Positions 49,694 to 60,429 are shown, counted from the first letter of the stretch. The stretch is 64,000 nt of DNA from an uncultured Acidobacteriota bacterium (GCA_963809485.1 CAWEJX010000020.1:672001-736000); one strand, 5' to 3'. The notes: generated from the letters alone by a model not told the origin. Numbers and translations: made by a program.

Positions 49694-50411
49694 ATGCAAT
49701 TTTGCGTTGAGGAGAGCGTGTTTCAGATGTTTCCGCAGATTCTGCCGGGGAGTTGTGATGGCTGCCGGCATCGACAACAGCCGTCCATGCCCGGAATTGG
49801 AGGCGCTGCTGAAGGAACAGGAAGAGAAAATGAGGCAGGATCCGGCAATCGACCTGGCAACCCATCCGCGGCTTCTGGTCTGGAAGGACGCGTATCGCCA
49901 GTTCGGCTCCAATCCGAACAAATTCACACCATCCATCGTGTTTCTGGCCAAGCAGGTGAAGTCGGGCAAATCGGTGCGTTCCATTTCACCGGCCGTGGAT
50001 GCGTTCAATCTCATCAGCATCAAACACATCATTCCCTGCGGCGGCGACGACATGGACAGCGTCGAGGGCGATGTGACGCTGGGACGGGCCGTATCGGATG
50101 AAACCTTCGCCCCCATCTTCAAGCCTGAAGAGGTCGAGCATCCGGATGCCGGCGAAGTCATTTATGTGAATCGCCGGACAAGGCGGATGCTCTGCAGGCG
50201 CTGGAACTGGAGGAATGCGGATTTTTCAAAGCTCGCTCCGGAAACCAGAAATCTCGCAATCAACGTCGACGGAATGATGCCCTCCATCAGCCGGGAGGAA
50301 ATCGAAGAGGCGGCGGAAGGTTTGAAGCAGCTCCTGCTTCGCTACTGCGGGGGGAATATCGCCATCCATTACCTGGACATTCAGACCCGCGAAGTGGATT
50401 TCCAGTTTTAG
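49694..50411 (+). CDS. B3/B4-domain (PheRS-beta editing-like) protein; +1 frameshift near 49740
   Basis: RBS GGAGG + MQFCVEESVFQMFP; W..AYR.FG.NP..F..S, I.P.VD..N..S, CRRWNWR. Confidence 0.8.
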
Positions 50412-50555
50412 CCAGCATCGGAATCCGGCGAAGCATTGTCCCTAGCCTCCGGCCAAGCCAAGGACTTTGCGGTTCATAGCCCCTTAAGGGGCCCGAATGC
50501 AACCGATTGAAGCAAAAGCAGGTCCATGCGCAATAAATTGCTTTGCGGATATTGG

Positions 50556-50632
50556 AACCGCAGAATGTCGAATATCAAAAGATGAATTTTGAAGTGCAAA
50601 CCTGACTTGTACGGTTCGATATTCGATATTTC
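50556..50632. repeat. Heptameric (CGAATAT/ATATTCG-type) inverted short repeat
   Basis: AACCGCAGAATGTCGAATATC...GAAGT ... ACTT..CGGTTCGATATTCGATATT. Confidence 0.55.
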
Positions 50633-50754
50633 CGTGTCCCTGGTTTCTGTGAGAGCATTCAAAAAGCACTCTTCGTGAGTTCACCTTTTGCTGCCTCATC
50701 GGCAGAGCCGGTGAATCTCCCAACGGATTGGCAGATAGCTGGAGTGCGTGGCGC

Positions 50755-51075
50755 CTACCGTGCGAGATAGCTCCTGAAGATCTTCCGGATGTTCCTGATA
50801 TCCTGGATCCCGATCAGCAGGTCGGCGATGCCCAGCCCGAGGACGGCGCCTTTAAAATAGGAATTGGTGATTACGGGCTGCAGCTGCGGATATTGGTACA
50901 GGAGATAGTTGTTCTCCCATATCCCCATCCACGGGAGATAAAGCAGCAGAATTCCAGCAGCAAAAGGATACAGGATGCGAACGGTTGTTTTGGCCCAAGC
51001 CAGGCCTCGTTCGAGCTGCTTGATCAAACCCGCCGGATTCAGGTTTGCCGGCTGAAGTGAAATGCGGTAGAGCAT
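50755..51075 (-). CDS. Hypothetical small membrane protein
   Basis: Two TMs; GILLLYLPW..IWENNY...KGAVLGLG. Confidence 0.65.
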   Translation of the reverse strand: MLYRISLQPANLNPAGLIKQLERGLAWAKTTVRILYPFAAGILLLYLPWMGIWENNYLLYQYPQLQPVITNSYFKGAVLGLGIADLLIGIQDIRNIRKIFRSYLAR

Positions 51076-51169
51076 GCCGTTGGGAACCGCCCTTCAAGCC
51101 CTGTCTGCGGCCAACAATGGCACTCCGGCACCCGACGGCATAGAACCGGGCTTTGCAGTGCAACGTTTT

Positions 51170-54010
51170 TCACGGACAGGCTCTCAACTCATCAATTCTC
51201 TGCGCGACATCTCGATAGCTCGGGTCCATTCCGAAAATCCGGTCAAAGCACTCGAGCGCCTGCTCGCTGCTTCCGGCCATCGAATGCGCAACACCCATAT
51301 CATAGCGGAGAGCCATCGCTTCGTGGGAAGAAATATCTGCGACACTCAATCCTGTCTGGCACCATCGAACCGCAGATCGAGGCATGCCCTTCTTGAGGAA
51401 GCAGGTGCTCAGCATACCGCAGCACTGAACGACTTTTTTTGCGTCTTTACGCAAATCAAGGGTTTTCAAGGCACTCTGGAACTCCCGGATCGATTCCTCG
51501 ATCAAGTCCATCTCCCGATACGCCGTCCCGAGGCTGAAGTGTTCTTCAAAATCCTCTTTTGCAATATCCTGGTCCGAGAGGGAGCTGACTTCGTCGAGAA
51601 GATCGGCAAACATTTCGTTGACCTTGAAATCCGATCGGGCGGGTGCAGAAGGGGCATGAGATTGCGTCGATACAGGGAGATCATGATACTGCACGGGCTC
51701 AGGCGGAGCATTGTAAGTCGCGAATGCCGGGGAGGCATCATAATGCGTCTGCAGCGGCTCCCCGAAATCGCCGGCGGAAAGCGCCGATGCCTCGAATGCT
51801 TCCATGGCCGGCTTTTCCGTCTCAGGCTCGGTTTTCGCCCATATCTCCGGACGCTTCCAGCTATTTATATCGTCGGTCGGCTTTTCCGATTCCGGCAACT
51901 GCAGGGTTTGCGCCGGCCCGACATGGTTCTGCACGAAATCGTCCAGGGCATCGCTGGATTCCAGTTCCTGGAAAATCCCGGATCCTCCCAGCGCTATCGG
52001 CTCCGATGGCTCAGTGAAAACGGGCGCTTCGGGCACCGGAATTTCTTCGGGCGGCTGCGCAACAAGTGGCGGTGTTTCGCCCAGCTTGCGGTACCGCTGT
52101 AATATCTCGGGGTGCTCCGGATAAATCCTGCCGATGTCGTTGAGTTTGGCAAGCGCTTCGTCATGGAACCCGAGCCTGATGTAGAAATCCACCTCCTGCA
52201 GCTGTTCCTGGACCGGTTTCGCGGGTGACTTGGGATCGAGGTTTTGGGGATACGCCTCGATCATGGGATCCTGAATCGCCTGGTGCTCAGGCACATCGTA
52301 AGGCTCGTGGCTCTCGTCACCGGTGAAAAACATATCCAGCAGATCGCCCGACAAATCGACTTCTGCGCCTGATTTGAGCTCATCGGATCCTGCTGAGCCG
52401 CTCAGAGTCGATTCGAACCCGATTCCATTCTGGCGCGCAAAGTCATCCAGCTCCTGTTCATGGCTTGAAACCTCCGGAGACAGCTGCCTGGCTTCGGCCA
52501 AATAGCCCAGGGCGGCTTCCCCGTTATTGGCTTTGCGGTTCAGGGCAGCCAGCAGGAGGCATTGTTCGGCAGCTTCGTCGTATCTCTTCTCCTCTTTAAG
52601 TGCGGCAAGCAGCCGGACACGCACTTCCTTATCGGATGGGTCGCGCGTTTCCAGGCCCCGAAGAATGCCCAGGGCTTTCTCGCGCAAACCGTAATTCAAC
52701 AGCAGATCCACCTCAACGATTTCCGAGGAACTTTCCCCTCCCGGGACCGTCATGCCGCCCCGCAGCGACGCGGGAACGGATTCCGCATCGATTTCCGCGG
52801 CAGGAGCCGGGGCTATGTAGGGAACATCCGGATACGCTTCGGAGAAGGCCTGTCGGTGCAGCTGCCGGTGTTTCTCGCTTTCCGGGTTCATCTTGAGTAT
52901 TTTTTCAAGATACTCGGCCGCCTCGGCCGGGCATTTTTTGCTCAAATAATACTCCGAGATCCTTTCCAATGCGTCCAGGTAACGATCCCGGTCGTCGGTT
53001 GCCGAAAAGATGGAAGCCAGCCGGGTCATGGTCAGAATTTGGCCGGGGCAGCGCTGTAAAATCGCCTCGTACATCTTTACCGCACGCTCGGTTTCGCGGC
53101 GTGTTATCAGGATTGGAACGATCGAGTCCAGGCACTCGGCAGCCCGGTCGGATAATTCAGCATCCAGGAAGGCATGGGAAAGGGCGAAAAACTCCTGGTA
53201 CCTGGAGCTATCCATCGAAACGGCCATCTCCAGGGCCCGGGCAGCCGCTTCCGGGTTCTTTATTGCCAGGTAGCCGCGGCCCAGCATCTCGCGCAGATCA
53301 AGATTATCGGGAGCCGCCGAAAGCGATTTTTCCAACAGATCAAGCGCAGGGGCGGCATTCCCCATCTGCAGGCAACAGTCGAAATATCCCTGCATGGCCT
53401 GCACGTTTATGGGATTGAACTGCAATGCCCGTCCGAACGAATCCTTCGCTCCGCTGAGATTGCCGGCTTTTGCCTGGGCGCGCGCTGCGCCGATCCAGTA
53501 TTGATGGGCTTTATCCTCCGCACCCTGCGCGAGATAAAGCTCCGCAAGTTTCCTCTGGATCTCGGCGTTCGCCGGATCCAGCTCGGCGACTTTCTCGTAA
53601 GCGTCCAGAGATTCCTTAGCCTTGCCTTCCTTTTCGTAAAGCGCTGCAACCCGCAGATATTGATTCCGGGCATCGACACTGATTCCCTGCCTCGAGTAGA
53701 GCGAGGCCACGATCAGGTTGATCCCGATGTTGCCGGGATCGGCGCTCAGAATTTTTTTGTATACGGCGATGGCTTTTGAAAGAAAATTGTCGCGGACGTA
53801 GCTTTCGGCGACCTGGGAGAAGCACTTGTTGGCCTCGATCACGTTACCCTGCCGAAGGTACAGATCGCCGATTGTATTCAGTATCAAAACATCGTTGGGA
53901 TCGAATTTGATTATCTTCAGATATTCGCCGATAGCCTGCGGGACTTTTCCCTGCAGCACGAATCTTTCGGCGTCATGAAGAAACCTTGCCTTGCTATCAG
54001 CGGCCACCAT
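51170..54010 (-). CDS. Large TPR scaffold protein, SgmX-like
   Basis: About 10 N-terminal TPRs; EVD.....G...A helical motifs; acidic Pro-rich linker; C-terminal TPRs HFSLG.AYREM...RYDMG...YRDV. Confidence 0.85.
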   Translation of the reverse strand: MVAADSKARFLHDAERFVLQGKVPQAIGEYLKIIKFDPNDVLILNTIGDLYLRQGNVIEANKCFSQVAESYVRDNFLSKAIAVYKKILSADPGNIGINLIVASLYSRQGISVDARNQYLRVAALYEKEGKAKESLDAYEKVAELDPANAEIQRKLAELYLAQGAEDKAHQYWIGAARAQAKAGNLSGAKDSFGRALQFNPINVQAMQGYFDCCLQMGNAAPALDLLEKSLSAAPDNLDLREMLGRGYLAIKNPEAAARALEMAVSMDSSRYQEFFALSHAFLDAELSDRAAECLDSIVPILITRRETERAVKMYEAILQRCPGQILTMTRLASIFSATDDRDRYLDALERISEYYLSKKCPAEAAEYLEKILKMNPESEKHRQLHRQAFSEAYPDVPYIAPAPAAEIDAESVPASLRGGMTVPGGESSSEIVEVDLLLNYGLREKALGILRGLETRDPSDKEVRVRLLAALKEEKRYDEAAEQCLLLAALNRKANNGEAALGYLAEARQLSPEVSSHEQELDDFARQNGIGFESTLSGSAGSDELKSGAEVDLSGDLLDMFFTGDESHEPYDVPEHQAIQDPMIEAYPQNLDPKSPAKPVQEQLQEVDFYIRLGFHDEALAKLNDIGRIYPEHPEILQRYRKLGETPPLVAQPPEEIPVPEAPVFTEPSEPIALGGSGIFQELESSDALDDFVQNHVGPAQTLQLPESEKPTDDINSWKRPEIWAKTEPETEKPAMEAFEASALSAGDFGEPLQTHYDASPAFATYNAPPEPVQYHDLPVSTQSHAPSAPARSDFKVNEMFADLLDEVSSLSDQDIAKEDFEEHFSLGTAYREMDLIEESIREFQSALKTLDLRKDAKKVVQCCGMLSTCFLKKGMPRSAVRWCQTGLSVADISSHEAMALRYDMGVAHSMAGSSEQALECFDRIFGMDPSYRDVAQRIDELRACP

Positions 54011-54093
54011 AACCTCCTGAAGCTAATGCCTTACCAATACTCCGAGGGTCCGCCGATGATGGGGCCAGAATCGTGCTGCTTGCCGGGTGTCCT

Positions 54094-54471
54094 TTATGCG
54101 TTCGGGACACTTTCAGGAGCGCGCTCGATTCTCCCTGCTTCCTTCAAACGGGCAGCTTTGCCGCGGCGGCCACGGAGATAATACAGTCTTGCCCGGCGCA
54201 CTTTCCCGCCCTTCACCACTTCCAACTTTTCGATGATGGGTGAGTGCGAAGGGAAAATGCGCTCGATGCCATACCCAAACGAAACCTTCCGAACCGTAAA
54301 AGTCGATGAAATACCGTTGTTTTTCCGAGCGATTACCACGCCTTCAAAAACCTGGATACGGTACTTGTCCCCTTCCTTTATCTTCACATGAACTCGCACC
54401 GTGTCTCCTGGACGAAAGCGGGGAAGATCGGTCCGTAATTGAGAGTTATCGACTGCCCGAAGCAAATCCAT
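54094..54471 (-). CDS. rplS: 50S ribosomal protein L19
   Basis: [10 protein letters not shown]...RIQVFEG...[12 protein letters not shown]. Confidence 0.98.
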   Translation of the reverse strand: MDLLRAVDNSQLRTDLPRFRPGDTVRVHVKIKEGDKYRIQVFEGVVIARKNNGISSTFTVRKVSFGYGIERIFPSHSPIIEKLEVVKGGKVRRARLYYLRGRRGKAARLKEAGRIERAPESVPNA

Positions 54472-54483
54472 GACAAAGACTCC

Positions 54484-55182
54484 TTAATTTTGGGCTAAAA
54501 TCTTGTTTACCAGCTCCGGCCGGGCCTTTTGGGTCTTTTCCAGAGCCTGTTCTTTACGCCATTTTTCAATTTTGGCATGATCTCCCGAGAGAAGCACTTC
54601 CGGGACAGCCTGCCCTCGAAATTCAGCCGGCCGCGTGTATTGCGGATAGTCCAACAATCCCGTCGAAAAGCTTTCGTTGACCGCGGAATCCGAACAACCC
54701 AGAGCGCCGGGAATCAGCCGAACAACCGAATCAAGAATAACCATCGCCGGGATTTCTCCTCCGGTCAGGACAAAATCCCCAATGGAGATTTCCCTGTCTA
54801 CGAGACAATCTATTACCCGCTGGTCCACTCCTTCGTATCGGCCGCAAATCAGTATAAGATGCGAAATCGTAGCAAATTCAACAGCCATTTCCTGGGACCA
54901 TGTCTTGCCCTGGGGAGTTAGCAGCACCACCTGGCCTTCGCTCCCTCCCTCCGTGCTCCGGCAAAACTCGATCGCCTCAAAAAGCGGGCCAGGCATAAAC
55001 ACCATCCCTTCCCCGCCGCCGTAGGGACGATCGTCCACGGATTTGTGTTTGTCCCTGGTGAAATCCCGCAGATTCACGATGCGGACATCCACCAGCCCCG
55101 ACTGCCTGGCCCGGCGCAGTATTCCGCACTCCAGCACGCCCGAAAACAGCTCGGGAAAAATTGTTATAATATCAAACCTCAT
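54484..55182 (-). CDS. trmD: tRNA (guanine37-N1)-methyltransferase
   Basis: VDDRPYGGG.GM, CGRYEGVD, SIGDFVLTGGE, PQYTRP. Confidence 0.98.
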   Translation of the reverse strand: MRFDIITIFPELFSGVLECGILRRARQSGLVDVRIVNLRDFTRDKHKSVDDRPYGGGEGMVFMPGPLFEAIEFCRSTEGGSEGQVVLLTPQGKTWSQEMAVEFATISHLILICGRYEGVDQRVIDCLVDREISIGDFVLTGGEIPAMVILDSVVRLIPGALGCSDSAVNESFSTGLLDYPQYTRPAEFRGQAVPEVLLSGDHAKIEKWRKEQALEKTQKARPELVNKILAQN

Positions 55183-55712
55183 TTGTCCAGGTCCATTAAT
55201 CCTTCAGGAGGATCCACCATTATCAGCTTCTCCTTAACGGAGATCCGTATGCATATATCCTCAACCGCGGGGATTAGGTGTTCCCGGCCGGCCTCCTGAA
55301 CAACCAGCTGGCTGTTTCCGGCTAATCGAAGGACATCCACTACGACCCCCAGCCGGGCACCTCGAACATCATTGACGGTGCAACCGACCAGATCGTGATC
55401 GAAATAGGTGCCCTCGGGGAGTTGTACTGCCTGATCGGCCGGAACCTCGACCCAGCATCCCGCAAGAGCTTCGGCCGAGCTGATCGAATCGACTCCGGCA
55501 AATTTCAATACTCTGCGGCCCCTGTATTCCCAGGAATCCTCGAGGGTCATGCGCTGGCGTCGGCCGTCTGCAAATTCCAGCCATACTTCTTCAAGCGCAT
55601 CGAAGCGATCAGGAAAATCCGTGTACAAGTCGGCCAGGACTTCGCCCCTATTCCCTCGAGTCCTGGCGATTCGGGCGATTGCTATAAAGGAAGGCTGCGC
55701 GTCCAGCGCCAC
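55179..55712 (-). CDS. rimM: Ribosome maturation factor RimM
   Basis: IARI..TRG.RGEV, YFDHDLVG, LIP, PPEGL; GTG start overlapping the khpA stop; operon context. Confidence 0.92.
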   Translation of the reverse strand: MALDAQPSFIAIARIARTRGNRGEVLADLYTDFPDRFDALEEVWLEFADGRRQRMTLEDSWEYRGRRVLKFAGVDSISSAEALAGCWVEVPADQAVQLPEGTYFDHDLVGCTVNDVRGARLGVVVDVLRLAGNSQLVVQEAGREHLIPAVEDICIRISVKEKLIMVDPPEGLMDLDK

Positions 55713-55942
55713 TATTCCAGGATTTCCAGGACAAACCGCTTTTTGAGCTTCATGCCTGCCGCGCCGAGAAGGGTTCGGATGCACCGGGCGGTCCGCCCCT
55801 GCTTCCCGATAACCTTGCCAAGATCGCTCGGCGCCACTCGGAGTTCCAGCACAGTGGTTTGTTCTCCCTCAACCTCGGTTACAGCGACTTGCTCGGGATT
55901 GTCCACAAGCGCTTTCGCAATCATTTCAACCAGATCTTTCAT
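55712..55942 (-). CDS. khpA: KH-domain RNA-binding protein KhpA
   Basis: MKDLVE.IAKALVD.P...[13 protein letters not shown]. Confidence 0.95.
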   Translation of the reverse strand: MKDLVEMIAKALVDNPEQVAVTEVEGEQTTVLELRVAPSDLGKVIGKQGRTARCIRTLLGAAGMKLKKRFVLEILE

Positions 55943-56022
55943 ATCCGCCTCTCCTCCGAGACCACTCGAAGTAAAACTCGGGAGCTCACTGGGACACCAA
56001 TGCGAAAACGGAAAGGCGACCC

Positions 56023-56280
56023 TTAGCTGGCGGCGACCGATGTGGGAGGAGTGGCCTTTTTCAGCAGGGAGTGCACTGTATCTGAAGGTTGCGCACCGCA
56101 TTCCAGCCAATGACGAACTCTATCCATTTTCAGCTCAATCAACGGGGGATTCGTTGTCGGATTATAATGTCCAACAATCTCCACGAAACTTCCGTCGCGA
56201 GTCTGTCTTCGCTCCATCACCACAACTCGATAAAAGGGCTTCTTTTTTGCGCCCATGCGTGTCAGACGTATTCTAAGCAA
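56023..56280 (-). CDS. rpsP: 30S ribosomal protein S16
   Basis: TTG start after GAGGAGG; [14 protein letters not shown]...RDG..VE.VG.YNP...GAQPSDTV. Confidence 0.97.
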   Translation of the reverse strand: MLRIRLTRMGAKKKPFYRVVVMERRQTRDGSFVEIVGHYNPTTNPPLIELKMDRVRHWLECGAQPSDTVHSLLKKATPPTSVAAS

Positions 56281-56513
56281 AATTCCTCCTCGTAATAAAA
56301 GCCTCAAAACCCTACAATTCTGGCATATAACGAGATCAGATTCAACTACCGGCGACGGGGCGGAAGCCCACGGACTCGTTTCCAAAGGATACTAGTATTA
56401 GGGGTAAGGAGCTGATTTAATATCTCCCCTTAACCCCAAACCATTGAATATATAAATAATAGCAGAATTCTCCAAAAAAATCCCCATAATTTGGATTTGG
56501 AAGCCTTTTCTTA

Positions 56514-56593
56514 TCAGCGTTTCTCAGCGTTTCAAAATACGGAACTGTCAAACTCTTTGAGTCCCCCGTCAGAGCCGGGGGTTTACCAATGTA
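56514..56593 (-). mobile_element. Left-end fragment of the IS200/IS605-type miniature element (copy 3)
   Basis: Matches the last 80 bp or so of copies 1 and 2; follows TAAT on the minus strand. Confidence 0.75.
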
Positions 56594-56670
56594 ATTACCA
56601 GTTTATTTATGCCGGTCTGCGACACTTCGCCACGGAATTCTCCGAGAAATACGGATTAGGCTGTGCGGAA

Positions 56671-58008
56671 TCATGGCACCGGAAATTTCATGCCGCGCAG
56701 CATGCGCGGCATGATGCCCCGGCTCAGGCTTTTCATCATTTTCCGCATTTCAACATATTGTTTCAGAAGCTTATTGATTTCAGGAACCGGGCGCCCGCTG
56801 CCTCGGGCAATTCTCTTTCGCCGGCTGCCGTTCAGAATCTGATGATTGCGCCGTTCCTCGGCCGTCATCGAATTGATGATGGCTTCGATGTGAATCAGTT
56901 CCTTTTCGTCCACCTTCATCTGGTTGATTCCGCGCAGGGGGCCCATATTGGGCAGCATTCCCAGGATCTGGTCCAGGGGCCCCATCTGGCGAATCTGTTT
57001 CAACTGATCGCGGAAATCGTCCAGGGTGAACTCGTCCTTGCGGATTTTTTCCGCCATCTCGGCGGCTTGCTCCTGGTCCACCGTTTCCTCGGCCTTCTCG
57101 ATGAGAGACAGCACATCCCCCATCCCGAGAATGCGGCCAGCCAGCCGGTCCGGGAAAAAGGGCTCCAGGGCCTCTACCTTTTCTCCCGTTCCGACGAATT
57201 TGATGGGCTGCCCGGTTACGGTCTTGATCGAGAGGGCCGCGCCTCCCCGGGCATCTCCGTCCATTTTTGTCAGAATGACGCCCGTCAATCCCAACCGGTC
57301 GTGAAATTCCTTGGCGCTGCGGACGGCGTCCTGACCGGTCATGGCATCGGCAACGAGAAGGATTTCGACCGGCGGCGTCGCCTTCCGGATATGTTCGAGC
57401 TCCAGCATCATTTCATCGTCAATGTGGAGGCGGCCGGCTGTATCTATCAAGACGACGTCGTAGCCGCTGTTCCGGGCATGACGCAATCCGCGCTCCGCCC
57501 TGGAGACTGGGTCCTGATCCTCGGGAGCATCAAAATAGCCCAGCTGGTGGCTTTCGCACAGCAGCCGCAACTGTTCAACGGCGGCCGGACGATAGACATC
57601 TACCGACAAAAGCAGGGGCGTATGATTGTTCTTTGTAAGCCACAGGGCCAGCTTTGCGCTGCTGGTGGTTTTCCCGGATCCCTGCAGCCCAACCATCAGG
57701 AAGACGCTCGGGGGTTGTTTCGAAAAATGCAGCTCGGTCTGGGAACCTCCCAACAGTTCGATCAGCTCGTCTCGAACAACCTTGATAACCTGCTGCCCCG
57801 GTGTCAGGGACTCCAGGACGTCCTGTCCAAGCGCGCGCTGCTTGACGCGCTCGACAAACTCCTTGGCGATTTTGAAGTGAACATCCGCATCGAGCAATGC
57901 ATTGCGTATTTCGCGTGCGGTCTCCTCGATATGACGCCCGGAGACTCTTCCCTGTCCGGATAAGTTCCGGAGGATCTTTTGCAGTTTGTTGGATAAATTA
58001 TCGAGCAT
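56671..58008 (-). CDS. ffh: Signal recognition particle protein Ffh
   Basis: GLQGSGKTT, DTAGR, TKMDGDARGG, RILGMGD, Met-rich M domain. Confidence 0.98.
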   Translation of the reverse strand: MLDNLSNKLQKILRNLSGQGRVSGRHIEETAREIRNALLDADVHFKIAKEFVERVKQRALGQDVLESLTPGQQVIKVVRDELIELLGGSQTELHFSKQPPSVFLMVGLQGSGKTTSSAKLALWLTKNNHTPLLLSVDVYRPAAVEQLRLLCESHQLGYFDAPEDQDPVSRAERGLRHARNSGYDVVLIDTAGRLHIDDEMMLELEHIRKATPPVEILLVADAMTGQDAVRSAKEFHDRLGLTGVILTKMDGDARGGAALSIKTVTGQPIKFVGTGEKVEALEPFFPDRLAGRILGMGDVLSLIEKAEETVDQEQAAEMAEKIRKDEFTLDDFRDQLKQIRQMGPLDQILGMLPNMGPLRGINQMKVDEKELIHIEAIINSMTAEERRNHQILNGSRRKRIARGSGRPVPEINKLLKQYVEMRKMMKSLSRGIMPRMLRGMKFPVP

Positions 58009-58077
58009 ATCAGCACCCTTGTAACAAAATATTTATGATACCCGATCTGCCGGAGCAAAATGGATGAAAAATAAAAA

Positions 58078-58130
58078 GGAAGCCCGGAGCCGGAAGCCGG
58101 ACCCAATTCTGGCTTCTTGCTTCCCGCCTC
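58078..58130. repeat. Heptameric GAAGCCG/CTGGCTT inverted short repeat in the ffh-selB divergent spacer
   Basis: GGAAGCCCGGAGCCGGAAGCCGG ... TTCTGGCTTCTTGCTTCC. Confidence 0.5.
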
Positions 58131-58195
58131 ATCCTCATGCATTCTTGCTTCCGGAAAGAATTGTGCATTAAGATTGGATATCCGGTATACCAGAT

Positions 58196-60094
58196 ATGAA
58201 GCATGTAATTGTCGGCACAGCGGGACATATCGACCACGGCAAAAGCGCATTGGTTCGGGCTTTAACAGGGATTGATCCAGACCGCCTGAAGGAAGAGCAG
58301 CTCCGGGGCATTACGATTGACCTGGGATTCGCTCATCTGGACCTCGGCGATGTGCAGGTTGGATTCGTGGACGTACCCGGCCACGAAAAGTTCGTCAAAA
58401 ACATGCTGGCCGGCGTGGGTGGCATCGATTTCGTCCTGCTCGTGGTTGCCGCCGACGAATCGGTCATGCCTCAAACCCGCGAGCATTTCGACATATGCCG
58501 GCTTCTCGGCGTCAGCAACGGCATCATCATCATCAACAAGGCCGATCTTGTCGATTCGGAAATGATCGAGCTGGTCCGCGACGAATTGGTCGAGACGACG
58601 GCAGGATCATTCCTCGAGAATGCCGAAATAATCGCCGTCAGCGCCAAAACCGGCGAAGGCATCGACCGGCTGAAAAAATCCATCCATGACCTCGCCCTGA
58701 CCATGCGCCCGCGGCCGACCAACAAGATGCTCCGTCTTCCGATCGACCGGGCTTTCAGCATCCGCGGTTTCGGCACCGTGCTCACCGGAACTCTGACTTC
58801 CGGCGAAATTCAGAAGGATCAGGAAATCGAGCTCATCCCGGGCGGGCTGACGGCAAAGGTCCGCGGGATCCAGGTCCACGGCGTCATGACCGGTCACGCG
58901 GTTGCGGGACAGCGAACGGCGGTGAACCTCCAGGGCATCGACCTGGCACAGGTTGAGCGCGGTATGGTGGTCACTGTGCCCCACGTCTTCCATTCCACCC
59001 AGATACTGGATGTGCGCCTGCTGCTTCTGCCCGGGGCAAAACCGCTCAAGAACATGGTCAAGGTGCGATTTCACCAGGGGACCCTGGAAGTTCTCGCGCG
59101 CGTTGCGCTCATGGGACAGGACACTCTTGCGCCGGGCGAATCGGCCTACGCTCAACTCCGGCTGGATTCACCGGTATTCTGCCTTCACGGCGACGCTTTT
59201 ATTCTCCGTCAGTTTTCCCCCACCATCACGATCGGCGGAGGCACTATCCTCCACCCCGATCCCCCCAAGCATAAATCCACCGACAAGCAAACGCTTCTCG
59301 CGCTTCAGCAATTGGATCATGGGGATCTCGCGGAAAAAATTCCCGTCCTGCTGGCCACAGATGCCAAGAGGGCCATGAATCTCAGCGAGCTCAATTCGCT
59401 GCTGGGCCTTCCCGGGCCCGATCTCACGAAAATTTGTACGCAACTTGCGCAGTCCGGGAAGCTCGTAATGCTGCCGGCACCGGCTCCTATCCTGGTTTTG
59501 CCGCATATCGTGGAGGCGCTGAAGAAGGAAACTCTGGCGCAGGTAGGCGCCTTCCACAGGGAAAATCCACTGCAAAAGGGCATTTCCAAAGAGGAACTGC
59601 GCAAGCGGTTCTACGACGGCCTGCCTCTGGAAGTGTTCCGACATTGCCTGGATGGATTGGCGGAAAGCCGGAAAATATCCTTCCAGGAAGAGGCGGTTTC
59701 GCTTCACGGCCGGGCTGTCCAGCTCACTGCCGAAGGACAGCAGATACGGGAAATGATCGAGGCTTACTTCCGGAGGTCCGGCTATCAACCCCCTTCACCC
59801 TCGGAACTGCAGCATTCCATCGCCGCGGACCCCGAAGAGATCCGCCGGATATTTTTCTGGATGATCAAGGAAAAAATTCTGGTCAAGCTCTCCGAGGACC
59901 TCGTTTATCACCGGACAACGCTGGAAGAAATCAGAGGCCAGATCAAGGCCAGGTTTGCGCCCGGAACAAAATTCGGGGTTGCCGAATTCAAAGACCTTTT
60001 CGACATCACACGCAAACATGCAATCCCTTTGCTGGAGTACCTTGACCGTGAAAAATTCACCCGCCGCCTGGGCAATGACCGCATCCTGCTTTAG
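58196..60094 (+). CDS. selB: Selenocysteine-specific elongation factor SelB
   Basis: [29 protein letters not shown]-terminal winged helices [13 protein letters not shown]. Confidence 0.97.
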   Translation: MKHVIVGTAGHIDHGKSALVRALTGIDPDRLKEEQLRGITIDLGFAHLDLGDVQVGFVDVPGHEKFVKNMLAGVGGIDFVLLVVAADESVMPQTREHFDICRLLGVSNGIIIINKADLVDSEMIELVRDELVETTAGSFLENAEIIAVSAKTGEGIDRLKKSIHDLALTMRPRPTNKMLRLPIDRAFSIRGFGTVLTGTLTSGEIQKDQEIELIPGGLTAKVRGIQVHGVMTGHAVAGQRTAVNLQGIDLAQVERGMVVTVPHVFHSTQILDVRLLLLPGAKPLKNMVKVRFHQGTLEVLARVALMGQDTLAPGESAYAQLRLDSPVFCLHGDAFILRQFSPTITIGGGTILHPDPPKHKSTDKQTLLALQQLDHGDLAEKIPVLLATDAKRAMNLSELNSLLGLPGPDLTKICTQLAQSGKLVMLPAPAPILVLPHIVEALKKETLAQVGAFHRENPLQKGISKEELRKRFYDGLPLEVFRHCLDGLAESRKISFQEEAVSLHGRAVQLTAEGQQIREMIEAYFRRSGYQPPSPSELQHSIAADPEEIRRIFFWMIKEKILVKLSEDLVYHRTTLEEIRGQIKARFAPGTKFGVAEFKDLFDITRKHAIPLLEYLDREKFTRRLGNDRILL

Positions 60095-60237
60095 CGTGCG
60101 TCGCATTTCGGAGATCCGGTGGCCGCGCGGAGTCGGCATCGGGAAGCCGAAAAAGCAAAGGTAGCCTCTCCTGTATCCCCGGGATGACGCCCGATGGTTG
60201 AAGTACGGTCTGTATAGGAAATTTTCGGAGTTAAAAT

Positions 60238-60429
60238 ATGGCTGGATCTTTCGGACTTTCAGAACTGCTGATCATCCTGCTTATCGTTATCGTAATTTTC
60301 GGAGGGAGCAGGATTCCTCAGCTGGGCAAGGGCTTGGGAGAGGCTATCCGTAATTTCAAATCGGCCATCAAAGCCGTGAACGAAAATCCGGAGGAAAAGG
60401 CCAAAGACGACAAAATCGATAGAGCCTGA
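60238..60429 (+). CDS. tatA: Twin-arginine translocase TatA/E
   Basis: G..ELLIILLIV..IFG..RIPQLGKGLGEAIRNFK. Confidence 0.93.
   Translation: MAGSFGLSELLIILLIVIVIFGGSRIPQLGKGLGEAIRNFKSAIKAVNENPEEKAKDDKIDRA

Noticed and set aside
48663-50411. Apparent 582-aa MFS-B3/4 fusion protein
   Set aside because: Produced by indels; the B3/4 gene has its own RBS and ATG at 49694
60095-60237. Possible tRNA-Sec or SRP RNA near selB/ffh
   Set aside because: No cloverleaf, TCA anticodon arm, T-loop or SRP GGAA-loop consensus could be found here or in the ffh flanks
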